A DNA stretch of 64,000 nucleotides from Eledone cirrhosa (Eukaryota), in the NCBI GenBank assembly GCA_964016885.1, contig OZ024740.1, forward strand, positions 186,930,001-186,994,000, written 5' to 3'. Below are positions 13,593 through 26,176 of this stretch, piece by piece. Numbering within the stretch: the first letter of the stretch is position 1; each line of letters begins with the position of its first letter. The notes below the pieces were generated by a model. That model made no database searches. It was given only the letters and a program-made list of their open reading frames with translations, and was not told where the DNA came from. The position numbers were made by a program, and so were the translations under genes.

Positions 13593-14901
13593 GATAATAC
13601 CCACATAAATGATGCTGTAATATTTTCTTAGGAAAAAATAGTGCATTTTCTTATAATAGTTTTTGTTTCTCAGTTTACTCGAGATACTAAAAAGAAATAC
13701 AATGGTAAGATGGGATTGTTATATATCATATATCTTTGATTATAATTCAACTAGATCCCACTAACAATATGTCTAATATCATGTGCAAGCATCGACTTGA
13801 CTCGATTTGGCTGGTTGGCACATGATTACCAAATGAGAGACATGCTAATCAGGTCCTGTATTTGTACCCCCATGGAAAGAGGCAAAGAGGATGTCCTAAG
13901 ATGAACTGGGTGCAGATAATCAACAGATACCTGAACCCCCCCCCAACAAAAGCTGGAACAATGTATTGATAGATGCAACTGACCTCTGTTATTGGAGCAC
14001 TATGGCTGCTTCATATGTCACAAAACATGGGAGCATCTATGTCTAAGACAGTTAAACAAGGAATAAAGAATAATGCCTAAATATGTTAACAATTGTGAAC
14101 ACTGTTGAGTAGATCTCAGTTAATCTCTTTGAAAAGAACTGTCTTCCTACATTAAGCAGGTTGATTAATCAACCTGTTTAAACAATTTCCTTCGCTGGCT
14201 CGATTTTTGAACAGTTTAATAGCATGCCAACATTGAAAAATAAAGTGTTGCATGGGGAAAAAATGGAGCAAACAATATATTTACTTTGATTAATGCATTT
14301 TTAAAAGTTTCACTAGGAATAAGAACTAATTCTAAAGTATGTTGAGTTTGTGGAAACATTAAAAAAACATAACATGAATTGCTAATAAAATTTGAAAATT
14401 CAAAACTAAAATAAGCATTAAACACTCAAAATATTTGTTTGGGGAATCTGAAAAAACATAGAAAAGAAAATGAAATGTGAGATGAAAAACAAATTTGATT
14501 GATCAATTGGAAATAGTGAGAAAGAAAAAAAGTATTTTTAACCATGCCTAAATTCCAAATGCTAAAAAGACCAAGTAAACTGAACATTTTTTTGTAACTG
14601 TTTGAAATGAATAAACAGAGGAGAGTGCATATATATTTAAACAATTTAATTATGAGTAGTGTAAAGTAGTTTGAGCTATTTAATTTTAACTAAATTTTCG
14701 AGTGACCTCTTCAAATAAACTGTTTAAAAAGACCAAATATTTGTTTGAGAAAATAGAAAGAATAGAAAAAAATGAGCCTGCATATTTGAGAAAAATAAAA
14801 TAAAACAAGAAAAACAGTAAACTAAAAAACATAAACCATTCTTAAATCTACTGTTTTTTTCCCCTAAGAAAATATTACAAGACCATTTATTTGGCTATTA
14901 T
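13593..14901. mobile_element. TIR-bounded DNA element with a nested LINE fragment
   Basis: Imperfect ~40-bp TIRs with exact core TGTAATATTTTCTTAGG (13616-13632) / CCTAAGAAAATATTACA (14863-14879). Confidence 0.5.
13785..14047 (+). mobile_element. Decayed RTE-type LINE 3' end
   Basis: Decayed ...HANQVLY..PHGKRQRG.PK.NW... followed by a GTCTAAG terminus. Confidence 0.55.
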
Positions 14902-15287
14902 TCAAAGTTTTACAGTCTGAAACATTTTGCATAAGCAAGAGGCATCTTTCTAACTGGAAATTCGTTCTACTGCTTTCATGCATTATTAGCATCCTTTAAC
15001 TAAAACTAGGTTCAAAATACATAATGTGTATTATATTGTGCATTATACTATATTTTCATTACTCTTATTATTAATGTGTGCCAAATCTGAATCCCATTCC
15101 TGATTCTCTATTATGACAACTTCCATCACATATTGATAATGCCCTTAAGAGAAGAAAACATGAAAGCTACCGCTTTCCAGTATTTACGTTTTCTAAATAT
15201 ATTACCAATTTCATGCTTATTTATATAAGACAGAAATATATCTGATTCAATCATTTCACTTAATATTGTCACATTTTCAAGACCAAC

Positions 15288-15323
<36 letters not shown>

Positions 15324-16019
15324 GGAGAGGTGATATTTAAAGGACTAGCTCTGTTTGATTCAGTGAATGGATCAGAACTATTTTTTCTACCTGATATATT
15401 GAGTACCTTATTTTAACAAAACACCATGCTAATGTGTGTTTATAATCATCATCATTATCAACATCATCGTTTAACATATGTTTTCCCTACTAGCAAGGGT
15501 TGGATGGGTCATCACTAACTAAGTCAGTAGTTGGGTATAGCTACTGACCTCTCACTTATATACATTCCCACACTCTACAAAATGCATTACTAACCTATTT
15601 ATAGAGTAAACTGGATGCATTTGTGATGGCACAAGCACAAAAGTTGACATGTCATGAAGGGAGAGTCCTGTCAACCAGTTGTAGCATGATTTCTACAGCA
15701 GGAAGCCCTTCCTATCAACAACTAATTTACATGAAACTGATAAAAACTGTGACCTCTAGGCTTGAAATAAACTTTAGATTTCAATCACATAATAAAGCAA
15801 CAACAAAAACTGGTACTATTTACTATTATCATCATCATCATTTAACATCCATTTCCCATGCTAGCAGGGGCTAGATGGGTTGTCACATTATGAGACAAAT
15901 CAGATCAGGTAACCATGTCTTGCTCATATGGATCTGTATTTTGGCTTGGTTTTGGGAACTGAATACTCTTCCAAATGCCAACCCCATAAGAGGGTGACTC
16001 TTATCGTGGCACTGAAATT

Positions 16020-16250
16020 ACTACTTAACAGGGTGGACTGGGTGCTTTTTGTTGTGCCACCAGCATAATCACTGTACAGGACTGAGTGCTATTTGTCATG
16101 TCACCAGCATGACCACCGTACAAGGTCGACTGGATGATTTTTCTTGTGTCAACATCATACCACCATACAATATGGAGTGGGTGTTTTTATTGTTGTGGCA
16201 CCAAATTAGCATACAGGATGGACTTAGCACTTTTGTTGTAGTCACGACAT
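16020..16250. repeat. Degenerate ~44-bp tandem repeat in a LINE 3'-UTR-like fragment
   Basis: ACAGG.TGGACTGGGTG.TTTT.GTTGTG.CACCAGCAT repeats about 5 times. Related units lie at 60690-60775. Confidence 0.6.
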
Positions 16251-18747
16251 TGTGGGAGATCAGATGTAGAGCTTGACCAGCTTTCATGTTTGTATGCATT
16301 ACCTTATTTGAACAATTCTCTTATACTAAATATGACACCTAGTCCTCCAGGCCTTCTTATTCCTGTTGAAGGAACCCCTCCCTGGATGACCTCCACAACT
16401 TTCTGTTTAGTTTTGGTCATGTCAGAGGTGTAGCTGTACACACTACACCTGGTCAATTGCAGGGGTGGATGGGTCAATAGCTGGGGTGGATGGGTGTTGA
16501 CACTGAGGAGTTCATCATTCCTACTTAATTGTGCAATTATTAATGAATTTCAACTGAAACATAACTAATTTTTTCTTTAGAGACATATCTGAAAACTTTG
16601 CTATCATCAGTAGCCTGAATACCATGGTTACCTAGATGTGTGTACATGGTGAGGCTTTAAACCCTTCCTTGATGGTTGTTATGCATTGACTGGATTTAAA
16701 CTCAGACTATAGAGAGCCAGAACAAGGCATCCTACCCAGCACATTTATGATTTCATAAGTTCACTGCTCTAAACATTTTTTTATTAACCCCACCAAAAGT
16801 TAAAAAAATAAAATTGATTTACTGTTATATGAACTCAAAACACAAAAAGTCAGCAAAAAACCTGCAAGGAATTTCTACAAATGTTCTAATGCCTTTGTCA
16901 ATTCATCACAATCCTTTAATTTTTTTTTTTTTTAAAACACAGATGTCAACATACATAGTAATGGGGGAAGTGGTAAAAAAACAAAACAAAACAAAAAAGG
17001 ATAAATGGCAATAAATCGAATAAATCTGCCTAACAAGTCAAATTTCATTCAACATTGATAGTTCTAGAAAGACAAAATATCTTAAACATTTGTTTGTTTC
17101 CACTTAATTAAGAAGGTGAAATGCCAGGTTAGAAAATATACTTCAGAAAATAATTGGCTCATCTTCATTTCATGTGTAAATATGGAAAATCTATTTTATC
17201 ACCACATTGTAAAAATTTAATTCTAAAGTTGCTTTAAGCATCTCATGTAAAATGAAAGGAAATTTATAGTAATGGATCTCTTTAAGTTGAATTTATGTGA
17301 ACAAGTTCCACACAATTTATGTGAACCAATTCCATTCAATTTATATTTCCCAAATAATTACAAAGCCACAAATTAGTTTGACCTAAAATAGATGAATAAA
17401 AGGAATGAAGTAAAATTTCAAGCTTATAATCATCTTCAGAATCATATAAATTCTGATGGCAGTGGCAAAGATTAGACTTTTAAAGAACTCTTCATTGGTA
17501 ATGATGATGTTTGAAATAATTGTTTAACGATATTTAGCCAATGAAATATCAATTAAACAATTCGGTTCATATAAATGAAATGAGGAATTATGCATGTAAA
17601 TAGGTTTGGTAAAATAAAAACAACAACAACAAAAATAAATAAAGCAAGATAAAAATTAGTGATTGCTTAGAATATAAATATGTCCATAGTGAAATAGTCA
17701 AAGAAGCTTTGGAAAAGATAAAAAATGGATAAACGAATAACTCGTTCAACCATCTTGAATAAATAAATGAAATTTTTATGAAAATAAATTTGGAATTCAT
17801 GTCATGCTGCATGTAAAATAGCGAAGGAAAGTTGGTTTGTCTATTTTTCTCTTTCTTTCCCACCCTCTCTATTGCATTCTCTGTTGTCATGTGTTGTGTT
17901 TTGAATCCTGAAGATATTGATGGGAAAAAAATATTCTAAATATTACTGTCAGGAATAACTAAAGGGGATATCATGGAATAAATATAAAATGAATTGCCAA
18001 AAGGTGATCTCAGAGGGAATGATGAAGAAAGAAGATAGTGTGATCATATTTTAAATTATTTGAGTTAACTTATGGGTTACATGAGTTAGGTTATGTTGCT
18101 TAAAACAAAACCAGAAAGTCATTGTTAATTGAGAGAATTTAATTTAAAATAGTGTTAAATTAAACTAGGTAAGGAAGAAGAATTTTCAGGTCACTTGCAA
18201 AACACACACAACATACACGCGCCTATACTAATATGCACATATGCACATCTCACCTGTGTTCTAGTTTTCGCATTGTTTCTAAATTTAGATGTCCTTCCTA
18301 ATGCCAACTACTTTATGGAGTGTATTGGTTGCATTTTATCTTGACACCAACATTACAGAGGGTGTCAGATCCTTGATTTGACTGAAGAACACTCCCTTCT
18401 TCATGTTGTTACTAGTTGAATACTAACCACTTCAAAGATGGTACTAAGTACATTTTATAGTGGCAGGGAGGATGCCTTGTTAAATATTATATTGAAACTG
18501 TAGATAATGATAATGCATGGTTTAAACCATTTGTACCCTGATCTCCTGCTCTGGGTGTGGTCCTCAAACCTGAGTGTTGAAAATCACTGAAAAAGACAAT
18601 AACTGTACAAACTTGATTTGTGGGGTTGAATATATAGGGGGAATGAAAGATGATGAGACAAGTACATCACAAGTGATAAAAGAAATATTATTTAGAAAAT
18701 AGGACTTGAACTCAGAACGCAAAAGGCCATAATAAATACCATGAAAC

Positions 18748-18943
18748 ATGACTGATAAGTTTCAGAAGGGTCAGTACAAAGCCATAGAAATATATATATA
18801 GGGCATTTGGAAAGAGGGTAGTAGATCTGAAATGTCATGATGAAATATACAGTTTGTATTACGTTGTTTTGTTTTATTTGTCATCTATTTTCCTTTATAT
18901 ATTTCTACTCCACTATACCACCATTCTGAAACTTATCAGTCAT
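18748..18943. mobile_element. MITE or fold-back element
   Basis: Inverted repeats ATGACTGATAAGTTTCAGAA / TTCTGAAACTTATCAGTCAT. Confidence 0.55.
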
Positions 18944-19422
18944 TTATTACATAACTCACAATGCTTCATATTAACTATACTATATTACCATGAAGCATAT
19001 TTTTCAAAACTCTTGCTATTCCAGTAATCCAGTTTCCTGAACTGGCACTTATTTTATCACACTGAAAAGGAAGGAAAGAAATGTTGACCTTGGTGGCATT
19101 TGAACTAAAAGAGCAGGAATACCACAAGACACTTTTATCTGATGCTCAAATGACTGTTAATTTGCTGCTTGTGTGCAGAGTATGGTCCACAGATGTGTCT
19201 TGTTCTTTGAAATAGGAAAGATATATATATATATATATATATACGATATTAAATAAATGGAAACTATATCTATGCAATATTTACACTGGTTGGTTACACA
19301 GAAATAGGTCCTTCCATCAATAATACTTTGTAATCAATCTTTAAGTTTATTCCTTCATAAAATTTAAATAGATTATTTTAGATAGAATAACGGTGAAGAT
19401 TTTTCATGTTCAATTCACATTG

Positions 19423-19475
<53 letters not shown>

Positions 19476-19478
<3 letters not shown>

Positions 19479-20576
19479 TAATCTATAAAGCTCAGTGTGT
19501 GGTCATGCTCCTTTCTTATAGAAATCTACGATATAGAATTTCTTCAATTGAAATTTACAATTCAGTATTCGAAATAGTTCTGATTGCGTCTTGGCACATC
19601 TCATTCTTTCAATTTCACCCTCAATTACGCAAAAAATAGATAAAATTCAATATTTTACGATTTTTGTCTGTCATTTAAACTGCTAAACTCTTTCCACTAC
19701 CATTCAAAATCTATACAACTTCATACTTTCTGCTACTTTCTCTTTCCAAGCTTGATGGTGATACTGTCCGTATTACTCTGTCATATCATCTGCTTCCTCT
19801 ATCTACAACCCACACATTTTGCTACTTTCCCTTTTATACTTCAAATTATTACATTTCATACGAAACGACAATTATTCAAAAGCAACAGATACATTTATTC
19901 AACAACAAGCGATAAATCTTTTTTAAAACCTCTTTTCCAAACGCATACAAACACACACTCACTTCAACAACAACAACAACAATCTGCCTTTTATAGATAA
20001 GGATAAACAATAATATCCGCTATGAGGTCACTAAACCTGCTAGAAACAGCAGCTAACTCTCCCCCATATCACACCCATCCCTACTGTCTTAAATTTAGAA
20101 AACATATCTTCTATGAGATTACTAAACCTGCTAGAAACAGCAGCTAACTCTCCTCCATATCACACCACTCCCTACTGTCTTAAATTTAGAAAACACATAT
20201 CCTCTATGAGGTCACTAAACCTGCTAGAAACAACAGCTAACTCTCCCTCATATCACAACCCTCCCTACTGTCTTAAATTTAGAAAACACACAGACAACCA
20301 TGCAGAACAACTCCATCGCAGCTCTGTTGTTCGGCTGGCATCGTCTACGCGCGTGTTGCGCAAGTACTGTGAAACAATAAATTTCAACACTGTTTTGCAC
20401 AGAGATAATATCCATAGGTGAAACTACAATTGTCACTGCTGGCGCAGCTCCTGCTTCCGGGTCTGCAATTCATTCACCCAGTGCCTGGCAGACAAAAAAG
20501 TGCTGCCATAAAATGGATGGTGCAACTTAACTTTGGTAACTTAATGACCCCGAGCAACGCCGGGCTTTAATGCTAG
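19476..20576 (+). mobile_element. Non-autonomous Helitron
   Basis: Starts TCATAATCTATAAAGCT after (AT)n. Ends with hairpin CCCGAGCAACGCCGGG (20549-20564) and CTAG (20573-20576) followed by T. Confidence 0.8.
20015..20290 (+). repeat. Three tandem ~92-bp copies of a dispersed repeat fragment inside the Helitron
   Basis: TATGAG(G/A)T..CTAAACCTGCTAGAAAC..CAGCTAACTCTCC..CCCTACTGTCTTAAATTTAGAAAAC starts at 20021, 20112 and 20205. Confidence 0.9.
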
Positions 20577-20769
20577 TATATATATATTATTATATTATAC
20601 TAGCAGAATGGCCCGGCGTTGCTCGGGATTTGCTCTAGGGTTCTTATATATTTGATATATTCCTTCTGCCTGTGGTTGTTTCCGAATTCCTGACTTATAC
20701 CTGATTGAAGGAAGGATGGTAATATGAAGGTGTAAATTCGAAATTGTGTAGGGGTAGTAGTATAAAACC

Positions 20770-23700
20770 TTACATGGCATCTTGTCGTAAAACCTCTTGG
20801 TAGACAATGTTCTTTGTTTTCCCTCGTGAAGTGTACGCGAAAAGACTTCCTTTGCTCCTCAATCTGGAGCAGCCTACGTATAGTTGACCGTGTGAGAAGC
20901 ATGATTCTACCAAGTGAAGTCCTGCCACTGAAAATGTCTGCCCCTGGGACTTGTTGATAGACATGGCAACACTTATGCAAAGCGGAAATTGAAGGTGTCT
21001 GAAGGTAAACGGAATTTCTTCACCTGATGGAATGAGTGGTATTCTGGGAACGAACACATCCTCTCCTTTTCCACACCCTGAAATAATGGTGGCTTCAACG
21101 AAGTGCTGCATTACCTTCTTTATAACCAGACGTGTGCCGTTGCAAAGTTGTGGAGGGTCCAAATTCCTAAGAAGCATTATTGGAGTTCCAATTTTTAGTC
21201 CCAGTCTATGAGGAGGAAGTCCAGGAGGTTCTAGCGAATTGAGGAATTCAACAGGGTAGTATAACGCTTGGTATTTGTCGGGGACTGTATCGACAGACTT
21301 GTAAATATGCAGCCTTCCGGGAAGAGATTGCAACAGTTGCTCGTTGATAGCATTCACTGTGCTATTTTTTGGAGCTAAAATAGCTCTTTCGCATAACCAA
21401 TTCACATCTTGGTAGTTATCAGTAAGACTGGGAAACACTTGAGCCTTGAGGTCCTCGACTGTGTTGACAGTGGTACAAATTGGACTGAGTGACAATTCGC
21501 CATCTCCATCGAGGGTGATCTTGCTATCGCCAAGCGACAAAATATCCGAAGCAAACTCTGCTGCCAGTTGGTCGCCGTGCAGTTGGGCTCTCATGTTAGT
21601 TGTCAGGGTCAACATTGTTACCTTTTGCCACAACGGAGAGGACTTGAGGCACACCCGGACATCATCCACCCTGGTTCCCTTGGGAATAACGGGAAGGGTC
21701 TGTCGGAAGTCGCCAGATAGGAGAAGGGTGACACCTCCCATCGCAGTCTGGAAGTCTCTTGCAAAGTAGTGTCTAGTGCTTCCAGAGGTCGTTTATGGGC
21801 CATGGTACATTAATCCTACACTATGAGCTGACACCTTCGGAGAACCAGTACCTTGTCCAAAGTTTTGCTAATGTTGCAGGATGGTGCTTTGGATGTCACC
21901 AAGTTCAGGGGGAGCCAAGTTCAGGCTGAGTGCGCTGTCCTACCGCCGGGTAACAAAGTTGCAGCAATACCAGAGGATGCCACGGCTAACGCGATGTCCT
22001 TGTGCTGCCTCACTTTGGCTAGAAGAAGCTTAGTTAGGAACGTTTATCCTGTCCCTCCAGATGCATCTAGGAAGAAGATTCCCCCTTTCCGGTTTCGCAC
22101 ATGGTCGAAAATAGTGTTGTAGGCCCGCTGCTGTCCAGGAAGGAGTTTTGGCTCTGCTTCACAGACGTATTGGGCAAGAGCGTCAATATCATAGGCTGTT
22201 TCGTGAATGAGCTCTGTCGGAAGGTTATCCATCCCTGTCCGTACTGGTTGCGGCAGCTCGTACGTTGGCAAAGTATTCCCACCCAGTGAAACAGTCCTGT
22301 TTTCCACGTCAATCAAATCACAGTTGTAGACGTCGTCACTGGCAGCATCAAGGCTAGGATACAGTAATTGTGCTTGGTGGTAAAAGTCTTCTGCCAGGGC
22401 ATCTCTAGAGAGATGGGATCTGAGACTTCGCAAATGTGCAGAAGCACTGCAAAGAGAGTCCTGAGACTTTTCGGCGACTGTGAAACGGCAGCCTCCACGA
22501 GCGTAGCATCCCACTGTGTGCAGTCTTCTAACAGTCCATGTCTTAAGCAGGCCGTTCTGAAAGTAGCGCAAAGCCGACCGTTGACTGTTTTCAAATGTTG
22601 GTAAGACGTTGGTCCCCTAACCTCATGAAGTAGCAGACGAAGGTAGAAACACTCTTGTTGGCTTGGATGAACTGTGTAAACTCTCCCGAGGCAACTGTCA
22701 AATTTAATGGCAGGGTATCCATCAACGTGTTGACCCTTCTTCCTCCGTTGCCATTTCTTTTTTTCCCAGATGTAATAGGACGGCACCTGTGGGTACAGCA
22801 AGGTTTGGGCTAATGGATCGACTTGACAAAGGTTAAAGAAGGCAGTGAGGGTAGTATCCTTGGGTTCCTCGACCAATTGAGCAGCAGTGGAAGCAGTGAA
22901 GTATACGCGTTGACCGTTTTCAAGGTGAACAGCAAGCTGTTGGATGGATGGGTGCCTTTGATGCAAGGGGAAACCGAAAATGCGTAAGAAGGACTCGTTA
23001 CTGCTTATGCACCTACCAACTTGGTACTGTGTAACTTCGTCCCGATTGCCATCTTGCTGTAGGCCAAACATAACAGCGTCTAAACCCTTATTGATGTACT
23101 TACAGACGTATTTGATGGACTTCACAGAGTTACAAACTCTATGTTAACGTGAGCGTTGAACGCCTTGGAGAGAATAGGGCAGTATGGCACTATCCACCTG
23201 TTGTCTACTTCGTATGGCCCAATGTGCACTGTAAACCCGCCATCTTCCGGCTTTCTTCGTCTGTACAGTGGGTATCCGTCTTTGCCGGTCTCTCGAAGAA
23301 ACTGCTTCGGAAATTTTTTGCTGCAAGCCGAATCTTTCAAGCATGATTGAGTGTAGGTTAAATCCACGCCCGCATGGACCATGAACCATGTTTGCCCGCA
23401 CTATGTGAAAGAGGTCTTTGTCAACAGAGGGGTTGGGGAGTTCTGAAAAAATAAGCCTTTCAATGTTGATGGAGTTAATCTTTGTTGACATCCAAATAAG
23501 AATATGGGCATGCGGCAGACCCCTTTTTTGCCACTCAACTGTGTACATGTCGCCTATTACAGGCCCAAATACCTGCCCTTTCTTGATAAGGTTCATGAGT
23601 TTCTGTAACTTCAGTCAGAAGACCCTGGCTAGAAGGTCATGCCTGTCTTTGGCCTTTTGGCCTTGGAAGAGGTCAGCCTCGATCTCCTTCCACTTGGGGT

Positions 23701-25450
23701 TGCAGGTAAATGTAATGAATAAGTTGGGCTAACCCTAGTGGCGCACATAAGTCATGGCGTCTTGCGTCCTCTCATGCATATACCGCGGACCCCCGGTAAA
23801 AGTGGAAGGCAAAATGCACACCTGCCCTAAGTCTCCCGGAGCAACGTCATTGTTGATACCATCTCGAAGGTGAATGTAACTCTCTGAAGACAGCTTTTGT
23901 TGGTTGTCCTGATGTAGCGAAGCCTCTCAGACTCCATCTTGGTGCGCATATATCGACTGCAAATTGATGGAATAGCTCGCGTGAACTGTGGAGATGATTC
24001 AGGCAGTTACTTTGTGTCATGAAGCAGTATGCATAGAACTCCATGCAGGAAACTTGTTTGCTGCTGCACTCATCTGGTCTATGGGGATTACGCTGGAGAA
24101 TACCCAAATGGTAACCGTCTTCTCCATTCACGAAGAGCAAGGGGTATTGTAGCGCGTCGTAGGATCTGTGGGTTTCGCTGATTTGCTTAAGAATATTTTC
24201 GCAACACGTGAGAACGATGTCCTTTGGATTTTGCTGCTCACCTTCAAGCACAATTGCAATTTCGTTGCATGTAGGCGGATTATAGCGGCCAGCATGCTCT
24301 CCAGATGGCCGTTCGTCAGCATTAATGACAACATTAAAATTGGGGATTGATGCTGTTTCTAACACATACTTAAAACTCTGCACATAACTGTATTTTGCAT
24401 GTAACATCTCTTGGAGCTGCAATGTCAGCTCTAAATTAATGCCGGGTGATATAGTGTTTCGTCATCTCGCTTGCTCTTGGTAGCTGCCAACTAAGTACAG
24501 TTGAAGAAACTGAGGCTTTTGGTTCGCAATGGGCTGAAGTGGTGCTATCCTATGGTAAACCTGCCCCTGGACTTTAAACGTAGGCATAAACCCACCTTCC
24601 CTAACGATATTCGCCCCGAAAGAAGTCATTTAGAAGGCACAGTTGTACTTTCTGGTATTACTTAGGAAATGCTTTGATTCTGGGGTTGTGCCTGTAAGAA
24701 GCAGCAGCAATGGTTGGGGTGGATCCTCTAGAGCGGGTAATTTGACCTTTCCACTTGAGCAAAACATGCCGGCTGCTTCTCCTGGCCACTTATTCGCAGA
24801 GCAAAATTTGCAAGTATCTCGCATACTGGAAATTGACATGTCTGGATGGTTAGCATAATCGCTGTCGGGCCTATATTCAAATGCTTCTAGTAGCCATCTT
24901 GAACTACATGGCCTTGAAACACCCTGCCAAGTATTTATATTCTGCGCGATACTCTCCAGGCGATCCCGTCGGACGTCGGAGGTCTCAGCAGCTCAGGCGG
25001 CAGCAATTGATGCAGCATCTCCTGCCTGACGCAAGGCACGAGTGGCAGCAGTTGACGCTGCATTTTCTGTTATACATAGGGCACGCTGTTCTGCAATCTC
25101 AGCAGCTCGAGTGGCAGCAGTTGATGCAGCATTTTTTCTTATACGCAGGTAACGCTGTTCTGCAGTCTCAGCAGCTCGGGCACCAGCTTTTAATGCAGCA
25201 TTTTGTGCTTTTCGTAGGACACACTGGTCGTCATTCTCAGCAGATCGGACGTTGGTTTCTGATAAATCATTTGTTGCCGATCTAAGGTAATGCTGTCCGT
25301 CACTCTCAGCAGTTCGGGCAGTGGATGTTGATGCATCGTTTTGCAATGGGCTAATAGCAACTTCTGGGGACTGTTCATTTGCTCTCCTCCTTTGCAGTCT
25401 TTTTGAAAAGGGCGTTTTTCTTCCGAAGCAAACTCTCTTCTTTGGGATCT
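20770..25450 (-). pseudogene. Helitron Rep/PIF1-like helicase (RepHel), disrupted by frameshifts and stops
   Basis: Zn-finger-like CKFCSANKWPGE..C..GKV (24630-24839). Rep motifs PNLFITFTCNPKW (~23690-23730), VEWQKRGLPHAH (23144-23596) and KYVCKYINKG (22313-23125). Walker A FFLDASGGTG with the Lys replaced by a stop (22044). Helicase motifs GDFRQTLPV, MLLRNLDPPQLCNGTRL, AMSINKSQGQT and FSHGQLYVGCSR (20770-21741). Confidence 0.95.
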
Positions 25451-26125
25451 TAGCCTAGGATATATTAAACAACAACGTATAACTTGTGGATGCAGAAAAT
25501 CAGGTGCAAGGGGGGCTAGTAAGTTTAAGTATCTGTTCAGGCTTAGGTTAGTTGATGTAGAAGAGGTTAATAGTTTTCAGTCTAAAACTCACTTGGGTAA
25601 TAGGTTAGTTGTGGCTGATTGTCGAACCACCATAAGTATGCATCAGTCCTTAACCCTATGCCCTTCTACTGCCTCAACAACTACAATTGTCGACTTAACT
25701 TGAGACAGTTTGCCTTAACACTATCCCGCCCCTCTGCACTGTATTGTCTGTACCAAGATAGATAGAAATTACCGCTTAACGTCAACGTATGTGATTTTTA
25801 ACATAGATGTGGGGATCTTTTTTGGCGGGGGCTTTCTAAAAAGATCCATTATTTCTATCTAAGTACACAATGGGGCATATGGCTTGGTACTAACGCCAAT
25901 AATAATGTGTGCAACGGGGGTAAGTGATTATGTCTCAGGAAGTATTGCAAAAAATATTAAAGCAACAGGGGTAAGGGGGAATGTCTCTGGATTGTTAGCC
26001 AAAAAATTAGTAAATGAACTTACTGATTGAAAAATAAGCCGACCGTCGGAAAGGTATTCTCAAGTTCAATTGTTAACCTGGGCTGGCTTGGATCGCTTAT
26101 ATTATATATTAAAATAACAGATTAA

Positions 26126-26176
26126 AGTTTAAGCAAAGAATCGCTGCTTTCACCCTTAACGGGATCTTCTGAAACT
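26126..26176 (-). ncRNA. Hammerhead-like motif with CAGAAGA (U4A) core, copy 1
   Basis: Minus: AGTTT-CAGAAGA-TCCCGTTAAGGGT-GAAA-GCAGCGATTCTTTGC-TT-AAACT. Confidence 0.6.

Noticed and set aside
13674-13704. Plus-strand 31-nt exon-like segment (tctcag...gtaaga)
   Set aside because: It lies within the TIR element and has no partner exons on the plus strand.
20015-20290. Regularly spaced repeats resembling a CRISPR array
   Set aside because: The whole unit repeats with no unique spacers. The context is eukaryotic and there are no cas genes.
21446-25285. Plus-strand ORFs over the Helitron (and 61051-62852 over the RTE)
   Set aside because: They are antisense shadows of the transposon coding sequence.
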